Notes: generated by a model not told the origin, from the sequence alone. Positions 49,685 to 59,190 are shown, numbered from the stretch's first letter. The stretch is 64,000 bases of DNA from an uncultured bacterium (GCA_964619725.1 CAZUFC010000035.1:1-64000); one strand, 5' to 3'. Program-made: numbers and translations.

Positions 49685-50134
49685 TGGTTTGCGAAGGGCT
49701 CTGACCCCGTTATGGATGGTTGCTGGAGGCTGATGCCGGATAGCGGATGATTTGTTTTAAAGCGTTTCCGCAGGGCTCTGACGCTGTTTCTTTTCCCTGA
49801 CCCTGTTTCTTTTCCGGATACTCATCCCCGAACATTGAAGGCCCTGTTGCTGCCCTTGCGCATCCCCCTGGCTTTTTTCTTTCTGTTAGTTGTTCCTCCG
49901 TTGCTGTATGGTATGCGGCCGATCGTTTGGACAAAAGAAGAGATATAACCCTGGGTTACCAGGCAATTGCAGAAAAATGAGGTGGCCCGGAAGCTGGCGG
50001 GCCTATCGTAATTTCAATGGTTTGCGATGGTTTGCGAAGGGCTCTGACCCCGTTCCGGATGGTTACTGGAGGCTGATGCCGGATAGCGGATGATTTGTTT
50101 TGAAGCGTTTCCGCAGGGCTCTGACCCTGTTTCT
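49468..50134 (+). repeat. Diverged direct duplication (~325 bp x2) containing four REP-like copies
   Basis: 49468-49791 aligns with 49810-50134. REP-like motifs at 49688, 49765, 50031 and 50108. Confidence 0.92.
49811..49980 (+). pseudogene. Frameshifted remnant of the 3' end of the upstream methyltransferase gene
   Basis: Translates as FPDTHPRTLKALLLPLRIPLAFFFLLVVPPLLY, then a GTATG duplication shifts the frame, then AADRLDKRRDITLGYQAIAEK-stop. Confidence 0.8.
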
Positions 50135-50246
50135 GTTTCTGAACCTGATACGGGATCATTTTTTTATGGGTTGACTGATGCCGGGAAGCCTTTTAGACTT
50201 TGGCTTGCGAGTTTTATTTGCTCTTTTTTTTCTCAGGAGAAGTCTA

Positions 50247-51110
50247 TTGACGTTATGTTTTTTCGTTTCCGATCTGCACGGGAACCTCAGCAAATATGAT
50301 AAGCTTTTCAGCGCTATTGAAATGGAAAGTCCATCGGGAGTCTTCATCGGTGGTGACATTCTTCCTGGGGGTTCTTTTTATTCAAAAATTCCGTCACCTG
50401 GAGAAGGGGATTTTTTGAACGCATTCCTGGCGTCGAGGTTCGGGCGACTCCGTGAGAAATTAGGCGCTCGTTATCCGGAAGTTTTCATTATATTGGGTAA
50501 TGACGATGAGAGGGTTGCGGAAGCGGGTTTGCTTGAAGGTTCGACAAAGGGGTTATGGGTTTACGCTCACAATAGAAAATCCGTTTTTGAAGCCTGGCAG
50601 GTTTACGGATATTCCTATGTTCCTCCGACGCCGTTTCGGTTGAAGGACTGGGAGCGGTATGACGTATCGCGTTATGTAGATCCGGGTTCGATATCGCCTG
50701 AGGAAGGCGTCCGGACGGTGGCTGTGTCGAAGAGTGAGAAACGGTGGTCGACGATACAAAAGGACCTGGAGTTGCTGAAAGCTAAAGATGATCTGACGGA
50801 TGCGGTTTTCCTTTTTCATACGCCGCCCTATAAAACGGCGCTGGACAGAGCGGCCCTGGACGGTCAAATGATCGATCATGTTCCCCTGGATGTTCATATC
50901 GGAAGTATTGCCGTTCGCCGTTTTATCGAGAAAGAACAGCCGTTGCTGACATTGCACGGCCATGTCCACGAGTCCACGCGGTTGACCGGCAATTGGAAGG
51001 ATCGAATAGGGCGGACCTGGGCTTTCAACGCAGCTCATGACGGCAAAGAACTGTCGATAATTAAATTCGATCTTTGCCGCCCCGAAAACGCCGAACGAAT
51101 ACTGCTCTGA
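50247..51110 (+). CDS. Metallophosphoesterase (calcineurin-like, Icc-related)
   Basis: SDLHG, GGD, LGNDD, FHTPP and LHGHVHE. TTG start at 50247 after AGGAG; the ORF track starts at 50178. Confidence 0.85.
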   Translation: MTLCFFVSDLHGNLSKYDKLFSAIEMESPSGVFIGGDILPGGSFYSKIPSPGEGDFLNAFLASRFGRLREKLGARYPEVFIILGNDDERVAEAGLLEGSTKGLWVYAHNRKSVFEAWQVYGYSYVPPTPFRLKDWERYDVSRYVDPGSISPEEGVRTVAVSKSEKRWSTIQKDLELLKAKDDLTDAVFLFHTPPYKTALDRAALDGQMIDHVPLDVHIGSIAVRRFIEKEQPLLTLHGHVHESTRLTGNWKDRIGRTWAFNAAHDGKELSIIKFDLCRPENAERILL

Positions 51111-51299
51111 TGATGATCATACATGAAAAGATGCAAGGCTGACGGGATGATCCGTTCTTAAATTATCATGATCCGCAGAATCAGCGTTATCCCTGGGTCA
51201 AGAGAAGGCTGAATTATTTTAAAGGGTCAAGGACCTGTTGAAACGTTTCAAAGCAGATTACATGACCTTCTGCCTCCGCTCTTCGCCATCCGGCATCCC

Positions 51300-54200
51300 T
51301 TACCGATTGATTATCTCTTCAAGCGTTTTCTTTTCCACATAGGAATTTCTTTTTATGTCAGAATCCTGTTTTTTGAGTTCCAGGGGGCGGGCGGGGTCTG
51401 TGACTGCGCTGATTTTAGAGGCGAAACTCGTTTTCTTTTTGATATCTTCGTCCGTGACGATGTGTAAATCGATCAAGCCGTCTGTTCTGTATCCGGTACG
51501 AAGATAATTTATTTCGCTCAGACTGGCGCTCCACCCCTCAATCCAATGCAGAAGGTTTTTGCGCTGATCCTCAGTACCCTCAAAATGAACGATCAGGTCG
51601 ATATCGCTGGCCGGTCCGGCAGTAGCATTCTTGGCGCTTCCGAATATATACAATCCTTTAACGCCGAATCTTTCCGGGTCAAGGCGTGAGGCGAGAATTT
51701 CCGCCATGCTCAGTCGCCATTTCCAATGATCGTCCATGGGGGCTTTCGTTTCAATTGTCGCTCCTTGCAGGTCTTTAACCTCAGCGGCGGTCGGCGGCGT
51801 CAGAAATCCGACCGCCTTCTCCAGTTCAGCATTCATCAGAATCCTCAACACATTGCCCTGTTCGACGCCCGGCACGTCAATGACTCTCAATGTCTCCGCC
51901 AACCGGGAATATTCCGGAAGTATATCTCCTAAAATAGACTGTTTTCGCGTGAGGAAATGTTCGTTGAATACCACGCCGTTCTGATCGGGATAAAGCGGCA
52001 GGTACCTGATGGAAGCTTCCACCAGGTCCTGGAAAAAATGAGTGCCGAAAGAGAGCTCGGGGATATAATTCCCCTTCTGCTTGGCTATTTCAATCAGCAT
52101 TGCGGTATTACTGAAATCAGAATAATTAACGTTGACGCCTAATTTAATGTCTCCACGGCTGCCCCATCTTCCGGGACCCATCATGATGAAACGCCTTTTA
52201 GGAAGAATTCTGTTCAGCTTGCTGATGGCGCGGCCGACCTCTTTCATATCGTCAAGATTAGTCAATGATTGATACTTTTCCGGGTCTACGTAAATGATAT
52301 GGGAGATATCCGGCACTTTACCGTTTGATACGAATTTATTAGCGGAAAAAACAATTCGATTTTCGGGTATGTTTTTCGGAATAGGCGAAGCGATGTCCTC
52401 GCTTGAATAGCTCTGCGGTCTGCATTGCAGAAGATAAAAATCCGTTCCGTCGCATGCGAATTCAATATCGACCGGAGAATGGATGCCTTCTTTCAGGACA
52501 CTTATGATCGCGTGGACCTTTTTCAGCAGATTCGTTTCCTTGGCCAGTCCTTCGAAAGTAAAAACGAGCGATTCGTTCTCATAATCTATCAAACCTCCCG
52601 GTCTGGTGAATCTTCTGTCTTTGTAAACAGAAACCAGGCGCCTGAGTTTCGGGAACTCATTTCCGTATTTTTTTATGAATTCGTCAGCATCTACCGTTCC
52701 GAAAGAATTGGTTTCCAGGTCGATAACGTCAAGTTTGCGCGGCGAATAACGGAGTATTTCATCTGGCGTTACATTGACGCGCAGGTTCGGCTGTCCCGGC
52801 GCCATTAAAACCGGATAGTCGTCGCTCAATCTGTCTACGGCTCTCGTCCCCAAACCGGGTACCATACGTATCAAGCCATCTTCCCGCTTTATCCGCGGAG
52901 ACCACCGGAACTCATTATTACTGAAGGCAACCCCTGCGAACGACGGAAGAAAATATTTGCCTATCTTTGTCCCAACAACCTCCTGGATCAGTATGCCCAT
53001 TTCCTCATGAAAATCCAGAAGACCCCTTTCCGTCCGATATTGAATAGGATCAGGGCTGAAAATAGATGCGTATACTTCCGAAATCGCATCCATTAATTCT
53101 TCCAGACGTTTCTTTTTAGGACCCTGGTTGGCCAGAAACAAACTCTTGTACTTCCCCGAAAAGGCCGTTCCCAAATTGTCCTCTAATAAACTCGAACTGC
53201 GCACTATCAGAGGACTATTTTCAAACTCATCCAGCGCAATCGTCAATCCCTTGACTATCTCAGGAGGAAACGGCGAATTTTTGAAAAGTTGAATGATCTG
53301 CGGATATTCCAGCCGAATTTGATCTATCTCCTTGTATTTTTGTTCAGTTATATCGTCAAGATTGTTGTAGCTTATGAAATAAGTGATCGCATCAGAGGCT
53401 ATATACCACGTTTTAGGAATTTTGATGTTTTTCAGCAGCTCGTTCTCGTCTTCCTTCTTTTTCAAAATTTTGGATGCCAGGAATAACCCCGAACTCTTTC
53501 CCCCCAATTTTCCCCGGCTGTCCGGAGGGTAAACGATGCTGTTGACTATATCGTAAAAATCACTGACTTCAATGTACTGCTTCGCAATATTTATGTAATC
53601 CAGCCGATCGAAAAAGAACCGGCGGATCAACGCCACGCGTAAACCGATTTCCGAAGAGGGGGCAATTTCCGGAGTCAAATGATGATATCGTGATACAGCA
53701 GCGATTATTTCAGACAAAGAGCTGCTGGGCGAACTTAATATTTTAACTAAAAAATTGGATTTATCCTCCTGAATCCATTTCTGAATCAAATTCATTATTT
53801 CCTGGCCGCTGAGATATTCCTCCGTCAATTCATAAATCTCGGCAGTGTAAGAAAGAATGTTTTCAATCGGTTGCCGTTGACTGGGCCGATTGCAATCATG
53901 CTGCTTGGAGTCGACGAATCGGTTTTCTATTCCGCCTAATTTCTGCATCAGGCTGATCGCCTTCTTGTTACCGCTCCAAGACAAATAATTCATCATTTTA
54001 CGCACTATCTGAAGGAACAATTTCTGATCGGTCAAACGCAACATATCCAGGATTGCACGCCAATCTCCCATCGGCTCGGCTTTTATCGTTCTCTTCCCTT
54101 TTTCCCATTCCTTGATTATTTCCTGATTTTTAAGGTAATAAATGGCATTTCCCAGACGCTCCGCTACAGTATCGATTAATTTCCTTTCCTCCTGTAAGAA

Positions 54201-54536
54201 TACGCCGTCGTCATCCTCGCCTATTTCTTCAATATAGTAAACGTTTATCGAGCCGACGCGGGAGCCTTGAACGAAAATACCTGCGGATTGAACAAGATTT
54301 GTTTCCTGAAAATCCCTGGAAGTATATTCTGCGCCTTCATAAGTTATTTTAACCCTGCAAATTTCAGGATATTGCCATCCCGGAGGAATCGCCTCTATAA
54401 TTTTGTGGAAAATGTTTTCCAGGTCTAAATCCGTATCATTCAACACATCCTCGACTTTATAGAGGCAGTTTAATTCCTTGGCCCTTTCCTGAAGGTTTTT
54501 AATTATATTCTTGCCGGGTTCTCCTTTGTTTTTCAT
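51300..54536 (-). CDS. PEP synthase/PPDK N-terminal (ATP-grasp)-domain protein with N-terminal GAF-like and C-terminal nucleotidyltransferase domains
   Basis: LGGKSSGL, VRSSSLLED...FSGKY, DIEFA...LQCRP and GRWG...GTHFF. N-terminal LQERAKELNCLY...PPGWQYPE. C-terminal IFGSAKNATAGPASDIDL (Pol-beta NTase GS...DxD). Confidence 0.8.
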   Translation of the reverse strand: MKNKGEPGKNIIKNLQERAKELNCLYKVEDVLNDTDLDLENIFHKIIEAIPPGWQYPEICRVKITYEGAEYTSRDFQETNLVQSAGIFVQGSRVGSINVYYIEEIGEDDDGVFLQEERKLIDTVAERLGNAIYYLKNQEIIKEWEKGKRTIKAEPMGDWRAILDMLRLTDQKLFLQIVRKMMNYLSWSGNKKAISLMQKLGGIENRFVDSKQHDCNRPSQRQPIENILSYTAEIYELTEEYLSGQEIMNLIQKWIQEDKSNFLVKILSSPSSSLSEIIAAVSRYHHLTPEIAPSSEIGLRVALIRRFFFDRLDYINIAKQYIEVSDFYDIVNSIVYPPDSRGKLGGKSSGLFLASKILKKKEDENELLKNIKIPKTWYIASDAITYFISYNNLDDITEQKYKEIDQIRLEYPQIIQLFKNSPFPPEIVKGLTIALDEFENSPLIVRSSSLLEDNLGTAFSGKYKSLFLANQGPKKKRLEELMDAISEVYASIFSPDPIQYRTERGLLDFHEEMGILIQEVVGTKIGKYFLPSFAGVAFSNNEFRWSPRIKREDGLIRMVPGLGTRAVDRLSDDYPVLMAPGQPNLRVNVTPDEILRYSPRKLDVIDLETNSFGTVDADEFIKKYGNEFPKLRRLVSVYKDRRFTRPGGLIDYENESLVFTFEGLAKETNLLKKVHAIISVLKEGIHSPVDIEFACDGTDFYLLQCRPQSYSSEDIASPIPKNIPENRIVFSANKFVSNGKVPDISHIIYVDPEKYQSLTNLDDMKEVGRAISKLNRILPKRRFIMMGPGRWGSRGDIKLGVNVNYSDFSNTAMLIEIAKQKGNYIPELSFGTHFFQDLVEASIRYLPLYPDQNGVVFNEHFLTRKQSILGDILPEYSRLAETLRVIDVPGVEQGNVLRILMNAELEKAVGFLTPPTAAEVKDLQGATIETKAPMDDHWKWRLSMAEILASRLDPERFGVKGLYIFGSAKNATAGPASDIDLIVHFEGTEDQRKNLLHWIEGWSASLSEINYLRTGYRTDGLIDLHIVTDEDIKKKTSFASKISAVTDPARPLELKKQDSDIKRNSYVEKKTLEEIINR

Positions 54537-56347
54537 TTTAATATAACACCTTTTCCCGTTTTGCCGTCGACTTTAATGGTCAAAGCCGACTCAGTTTTAA
54601 CGTGTTTTACGAAACGTAAATTTTCGGAAATTTTCAAATTATTCAACCAATCCCAGTCAATCATACGGCCGTTATGCAGATTGATGGAAAAATAAACCGT
54701 CTGAAAACAAGATAAATTGTGAAAAAAATGCGATCCTTGACTTAATTCGACCCTCATTTTCGAAAAGGAAGCCTCAATGATGGCTTTAGCCCCGCAAATT
54801 TGACCCCAATTTGCCGGTATGCCGAGCCAGGGATCGGAACTGCCCCATCGCCCGAATCCAATCAGAAGATAAGGGGAGCCGGATTGAACCAGTTTTCTGT
54901 TGATGTTTTCGATTTCCAGCGCCATGCGAGGAGTATCTTTGGCCTCGAATGTTTCAGGTTTGACGAAAACGATATCTTTAATCGAAGAAATAATGCCGTT
55001 GCCCATCACCTGGTCTGATGCGGTTAAAACATCAGCGCCTGTCATTTCTTGTTCGGTTATGACGACGTTCTCATGCGAAACGACCATAGGTCGAACCTGA
55101 AGAAAACCGAATTTAACCGGAGTTTTAAGTTTTCGATCAAAACTCAGAGCGAATTCCACCTCTACTTCTGCGTCCATAACATCTTCGCATATCGGCAAAA
55201 GTTCTTTTATCAGCTTGTTCAACGGAATCTGCTCATGCTCCAGAACAGGAGAAAAATTCACCACCTTCGCTCCGGGCCGTCCCTTACCGGGCATTATTCT
55301 GTCCGATTGCGGATCATAAGTACCCGCAATATGATCCAACGTTCCGTCGTAATCGGCGTCTCTCAATCCCAACTGCACCAGATATTCTGTTTCTTTCATG
55401 GGATCATACGCCGGCGGTTTTCCCATGTTGATCGCCCAGAATTTCTTCTGGGTCATCTGCAACATATCTCTTGTAGAACTGAAAGGCGGTCCGGAACGGG
55501 GAAAAGCCGGGGAATAGCTCCAGACAATATCGCCATCGACTATGGTCTTGCCCAGTCCCAGAGCCAGGTCCACTACCCCGTCCTCAGGCCGCGCTTTTCC
55601 CGATCTGTAAAAATTATATGATCGGGCTACTCCTGAAATATCAGGATAGAATCTGTCGCCTCGTTGCTTGCCCACAACGTCCTGGATGATTACCGCCATC
55701 TTCTCGTTCTCAATTTCATTCCCCGTTCCTTGAAAATAACCCTTGGCCGCGTTGAAAAATGTCGATGCATAGATGAATTTTATCGCTTCAACCAGTCGAA
55801 GGAATCGCGTGTCTGCAGAAGGTTGATTACCGGGCAGCATTTTTGTTCCGTAAATTCCCGCAAACGGTTCGAATTTAGCATCCTCCAGCAAACTGGAAGA
55901 CCTGACGGCTAACGGACTGCGCTTCACGCGGGCTATCGTCAATAAATCCCCTACCAGTTCTGCAGGCAGTTCCGTTTTTAAAAAATGATAGGCTGTTCGT
56001 TCGTCCTCCTTCACAGAATAAGCAGTTTCATACAGATCGTTCATCCTCATGAAAGAATCAAAGTGATCGGTCGCTATGACCGTTAAACGGGGTATCTCTA
56101 CTTCAATTCCGGGAAATCTTTGCTTGCTTATACGGCTTTCTACCGCTTCCCATATACGCGCTAACCCCGATGCCTTGCCCCCTATCTCACCATGACCGAT
56201 GACAGTGAATTCATTACCGCTCTCCATGAGATTTCTGCTGAAATAATTTATTCTCTTCGGAGTTATTTTGGAAGAAGGCTTGCTCATCTCGGCATCACCG
56301 ACGTTTGATTTTTTTTTCATTTCCGAGCGAATCAGAGGTGCAATCAT
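54533..56347 (-). CDS. PEP synthase/PPDK N-terminal (ATP-grasp)-domain protein lacking the pyruvate-binding barrel
   Basis: IGGKASGL, AVRSSSLLED...FAGIY, EVEFA...LQVRPM and GRWGSSDPWLG...SQGSHFF. The start is uncertain (alternatives near 56320 or 56287). ATGA overlap with the downstream paralog. Confidence 0.8.
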   Translation of the reverse strand: MIAPLIRSEMKKKSNVGDAEMSKPSSKITPKRINYFSRNLMESGNEFTVIGHGEIGGKASGLARIWEAVESRISKQRFPGIEVEIPRLTVIATDHFDSFMRMNDLYETAYSVKEDERTAYHFLKTELPAELVGDLLTIARVKRSPLAVRSSSLLEDAKFEPFAGIYGTKMLPGNQPSADTRFLRLVEAIKFIYASTFFNAAKGYFQGTGNEIENEKMAVIIQDVVGKQRGDRFYPDISGVARSYNFYRSGKARPEDGVVDLALGLGKTIVDGDIVWSYSPAFPRSGPPFSSTRDMLQMTQKKFWAINMGKPPAYDPMKETEYLVQLGLRDADYDGTLDHIAGTYDPQSDRIMPGKGRPGAKVVNFSPVLEHEQIPLNKLIKELLPICEDVMDAEVEVEFALSFDRKLKTPVKFGFLQVRPMVVSHENVVITEQEMTGADVLTASDQVMGNGIISSIKDIVFVKPETFEAKDTPRMALEIENINRKLVQSGSPYLLIGFGRWGSSDPWLGIPANWGQICGAKAIIEASFSKMRVELSQGSHFFHNLSCFQTVYFSINLHNGRMIDWDWLNNLKISENLRFVKHVKTESALTIKVDGKTGKGVILK

Positions 56348-56594
56348 CCCAACTTTCTTAAGAATACATGATTTTCCGATTTTTCCAAACTTTCTTTTCC
56401 AATGTTTTCAGTACGCAACGAAATTCAAAAGAAAACATTCGGCTACGCGGCTGACATAAGCGATGAAATATCTGTGGATAGCGAATATGTCAACCGACCG
56501 GATTGACGCAAAAATCTATTTGTTTCGAACCCGTCGCCAGCCTGGTAAACAACCGGTATTTTAGTGAAAGTTCCCGGAAATTATTTGTAGCGTC

Positions 56595-56617
56595 TGCGAT
56601 ACCGACACCGACCCTGA
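56595..56617. repeat. Short 6-bp-periodic repeat, second copy
   Basis: TG CGATAC CGACAC CGACCC TGA, similar to 31931-31957. Confidence 0.4.
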
Positions 56618-56881
56618 TATCCGCCACAAACAGCCCGTAATCAACTAACAGCGTTGTCTTTGACGAAGGGGTCTCGCCGGGTTTTCACGGCGAATTTTAA
56701 CCGGATTCTGCTCCGTCCCGACATTTCGGATGCTGAATGTTCGACGATCCGTATCAAGAATCTGTCTCTTGTGACTTATGCCGGTAGGATTCCAAGTTCA
56801 GACGAACCTAAAAGGCGGTTCTTTCAGAGTCTGTGTTCAAGCATTAACCGTCGAACATCCGGCATCCGTTCTATGAAGAAT

Positions 56882-58168
56882 TTATACCCAGCTTCGATCC
56901 TTACAAGCTTGAGCAACGCGGTTGATGGCGATTACGTAGGCAGCGTCGCGCATGAAGAGTTTACGCTTTTCCGCCAATTCATGAGTATCGATAAAGGCTG
57001 CAGTCATGATAGAGTCGAGTTTTCCTAATACTTCGTCCTTCTCCCAGTAGTAGTTCATATTGCACTGAACCTGTTCGAAATAGCTGCACGTCACTCCGCC
57101 TGCGTTGGCCAAGAAGTCCGGAATCACAAAAATATCGCGTTGCTTGATAACTTTATCGGCTTCCGGGGTCGTAGGACCGTTGGCGCCTTCAGCTATTATT
57201 TTTACGCGTTTATGAATCTTGTCGACGTTAGCGGCCGTAATCTGGTTTTCCAGAGCACAGGGCAACAAAATATCCGCTTCTTGTTCAATCCATGCGTCTC
57301 CAGGGAGTACATCATATCCGATTTCTTTCGCTTTTTCTTTCTCGACGCCGCCGAATTTGTCGGTGATCCTCAGCAATTCCTCTATATCTATGCCGTCCAG
57401 CTTGCGGTAACAATACGCTGTTTCATCTTTCTGGTCCCAGCAGGAAACGCATATGACTTTTCCGCCCAGTTGATTCATTAATTTAACGGCATACTGTGAG
57501 ACATTGCCGAACCCCTGAACGGCAGTGATCGTATCCGCAGGTCGAATGCCCATTACCTTCAGCGCCTCTCTTACCGTGTAAATCAATCCGAATCCCGTCG
57601 CTTCAGTTCTGCCCAGCGAACCTCCCAGTCCCACAGGCTTGCCCGTTATGAAACCGGGATACTTAGCCCCGTGAAGAGCTTCATACTCATCCAGCATCCA
57701 TAACATGTGCTGGGCATTGGTCATAACGTCCGGAGCCGGAACGTCATTCAGCGGACCCACATTCTTAGACAACTGCCGGACCCAACCGCGACAGACCAAC
57801 TCCTGTTCACGATCGCTCAAATTATGAGGATCGCATATCACTCCGCCTTTGCCGCCGCCTAACGGTATATTGACCAGCGCGCACTTCCAGGTCATCCACA
57901 TCGATAGCGCTCTGACTGTATCCACCGTTTCCTGAGGATGAAAGCGTATACCGCCTTTGCACGGTCCCAGAGCATCATTGTGCTGAATCCGAAATCCCCT
58001 GAATACCTTGAACGTACCGTCGTCCATCCTTACCGGAATGTTGAAATGAAATTCTCGCATCGGGTATCTCAGTAAATCTCTCGTCGCAATGTCCAAGCCC
58101 AAATACTCGGCTACGGAATCAAACTGCGCCTGCGCCATATCGAAAGGATTAAAAGATTTGTCAGTCAT
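56882..58168 (-). CDS. gdhA: Glutamate dehydrogenase (Glu/Leu/Phe/Val dehydrogenase family)
   Basis: GPCKGGIRFHP, GGGKGG, DVPAPD, ITGKP...GGSLGR.EATG, QGFGNV, EGANGP and NAGGV..SYFE. Confidence 0.95.
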   Translation of the reverse strand: MTDKSFNPFDMAQAQFDSVAEYLGLDIATRDLLRYPMREFHFNIPVRMDDGTFKVFRGFRIQHNDALGPCKGGIRFHPQETVDTVRALSMWMTWKCALVNIPLGGGKGGVICDPHNLSDREQELVCRGWVRQLSKNVGPLNDVPAPDVMTNAQHMLWMLDEYEALHGAKYPGFITGKPVGLGGSLGRTEATGFGLIYTVREALKVMGIRPADTITAVQGFGNVSQYAVKLMNQLGGKVICVSCWDQKDETAYCYRKLDGIDIEELLRITDKFGGVEKEKAKEIGYDVLPGDAWIEQEADILLPCALENQITAANVDKIHKRVKIIAEGANGPTTPEADKVIKQRDIFVIPDFLANAGGVTCSYFEQVQCNMNYYWEKDEVLGKLDSIMTAAFIDTHELAEKRKLFMRDAAYVIAINRVAQACKDRSWV

Positions 58169-58246
58169 CCTGAAATAACCTCCTTCTGAGGAAATTTGAA
58201 CTGTTTAAATCGCCGGCTCTTTTACGCTTCGTGGAATCCAATGGTG

Positions 58247-58963
58247 TCACCTCATACGCCGAATGGATCGCTTGTTCTGCATCGGCCTTTGCTTCTCGTT
58301 GCTCTGACGCGCAAAGTAGGCGACTTTCTCTAAATACATGTTTACGTCCAACTGCTCTATACATACCCAGGATGGAACTTTCAACAGCGTCGGCGCAAAA
58401 TTGATGATCCCCTTTATTCCCGAAGTCGTCATCATATCCGCTATCTGCTGTGCCGATTCTGCCGGTACCGTTATTATACCGATGCTTATGCCCCGCTTCT
58501 TCACGATCTCGCTGAAACGATCCACAGGATAAGTCCGACAACCGAATAACGTCTGATTCGTCTTGGCCGGATTCCTGTCGAATGCCGCCGCCAATTTGAT
58601 GTTGGGACTGCTCTTTACAAAATATGCCAGTATCGCTCGACCTAAATTGCCTATCCCGCACAAAGACGCTCTCTGCTCTGCTTCTCCGTCCAAAAATCCG
58701 CTGATGTCGCCGATTATGTCGCCTATCAAATATCCCTTAGCAGGACTACCCGCTATTCCAAGCAGCATCAAATCCCGACGTACCTGGGCCGCATTGCAAT
58801 GAGCCATCTCCGCCAACTGATGCGAAAATATGTGCGTACGATGCTCCGGTCCCACTTCCTTCAGAATCCTTCGGTAACGTATTATTCTCTCAATCGTCTT
58901 CTCAGAAATCAATGCGCTTTCCTTGCCGTCGAAAATCACCTCATGAGCTGTAATTCGTTTCAC
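58247..58963 (-). CDS. rex: Redox-sensing transcriptional repressor Rex
   Basis: TIER...YRR.L, S..LA...QVRRDL...G..G...GY, GIGNLGRA, VPAESAQ and INFAP. Start uncertain. Confidence 0.9.
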   Translation of the reverse strand: MKRITAHEVIFDGKESALISEKTIERIIRYRRILKEVGPEHRTHIFSHQLAEMAHCNAAQVRRDLMLLGIAGSPAKGYLIGDIIGDISGFLDGEAEQRASLCGIGNLGRAILAYFVKSSPNIKLAAAFDRNPAKTNQTLFGCRTYPVDRFSEIVKKRGISIGIITVPAESAQQIADMMTTSGIKGIINFAPTLLKVPSWVCIEQLDVNMYLEKVAYFARQSNEKQRPMQNKRSIRRMR

Positions 58964-59157
58964 GCTGTGAATTATTCAACAGCGTTTACAGAGGGACTAT
59001 ATAAACCCTGGCTATTGGTTTGTCAAGCTTATTTTGTTTTTTTTTCGCCCTTCTTCAAATTTTTATCGGCAATGATCACAATATGCGTGATTCGGTCGAT
59101 AATTTTACATCCTGCATCGCTTAAGGATGTCACGGAAAAGAGAAGAAGGAATAGTCA

Positions 59158-59190
59158 AAAAGCGGGCCGTATCCCCATCGGCCCGCTTTT
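59158..59190 (-). terminator. Rho-independent terminator downstream of the S1 protease gene (possibly bidirectional)
   Basis: AAAAGCGGGCCG-9 nt-CGGCCCGCTTTT with flanking A/T runs. A second hairpin (GGCGCCTGT...ACAGGCGCC) lies at 59219-59268. Confidence 0.75.

Noticed and set aside
49468-50134. Diversity-generating retroelement VR/TR pair
   Set aside because: Mismatches are not adenine-specific but mostly synonymous third positions, and there is no reverse transcriptase in the window.
51300-56347. Annotation as ppsA/ppdK (PEP synthase or pyruvate phosphate dikinase)
   Set aside because: The C-terminal PEP/pyruvate-binding barrel and the canonical GGxTSHAA phospho-His motif are absent, so no gene symbol was assigned.
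58965-58982. Rex operator at the rex start (CTGTGAATTATTCAACAG)
   Set aside because: About 10 of 14 consensus positions match TTGTGAA-N4-TTCACAA. Suggestive of autoregulation, but too weak to list without a PWM score.
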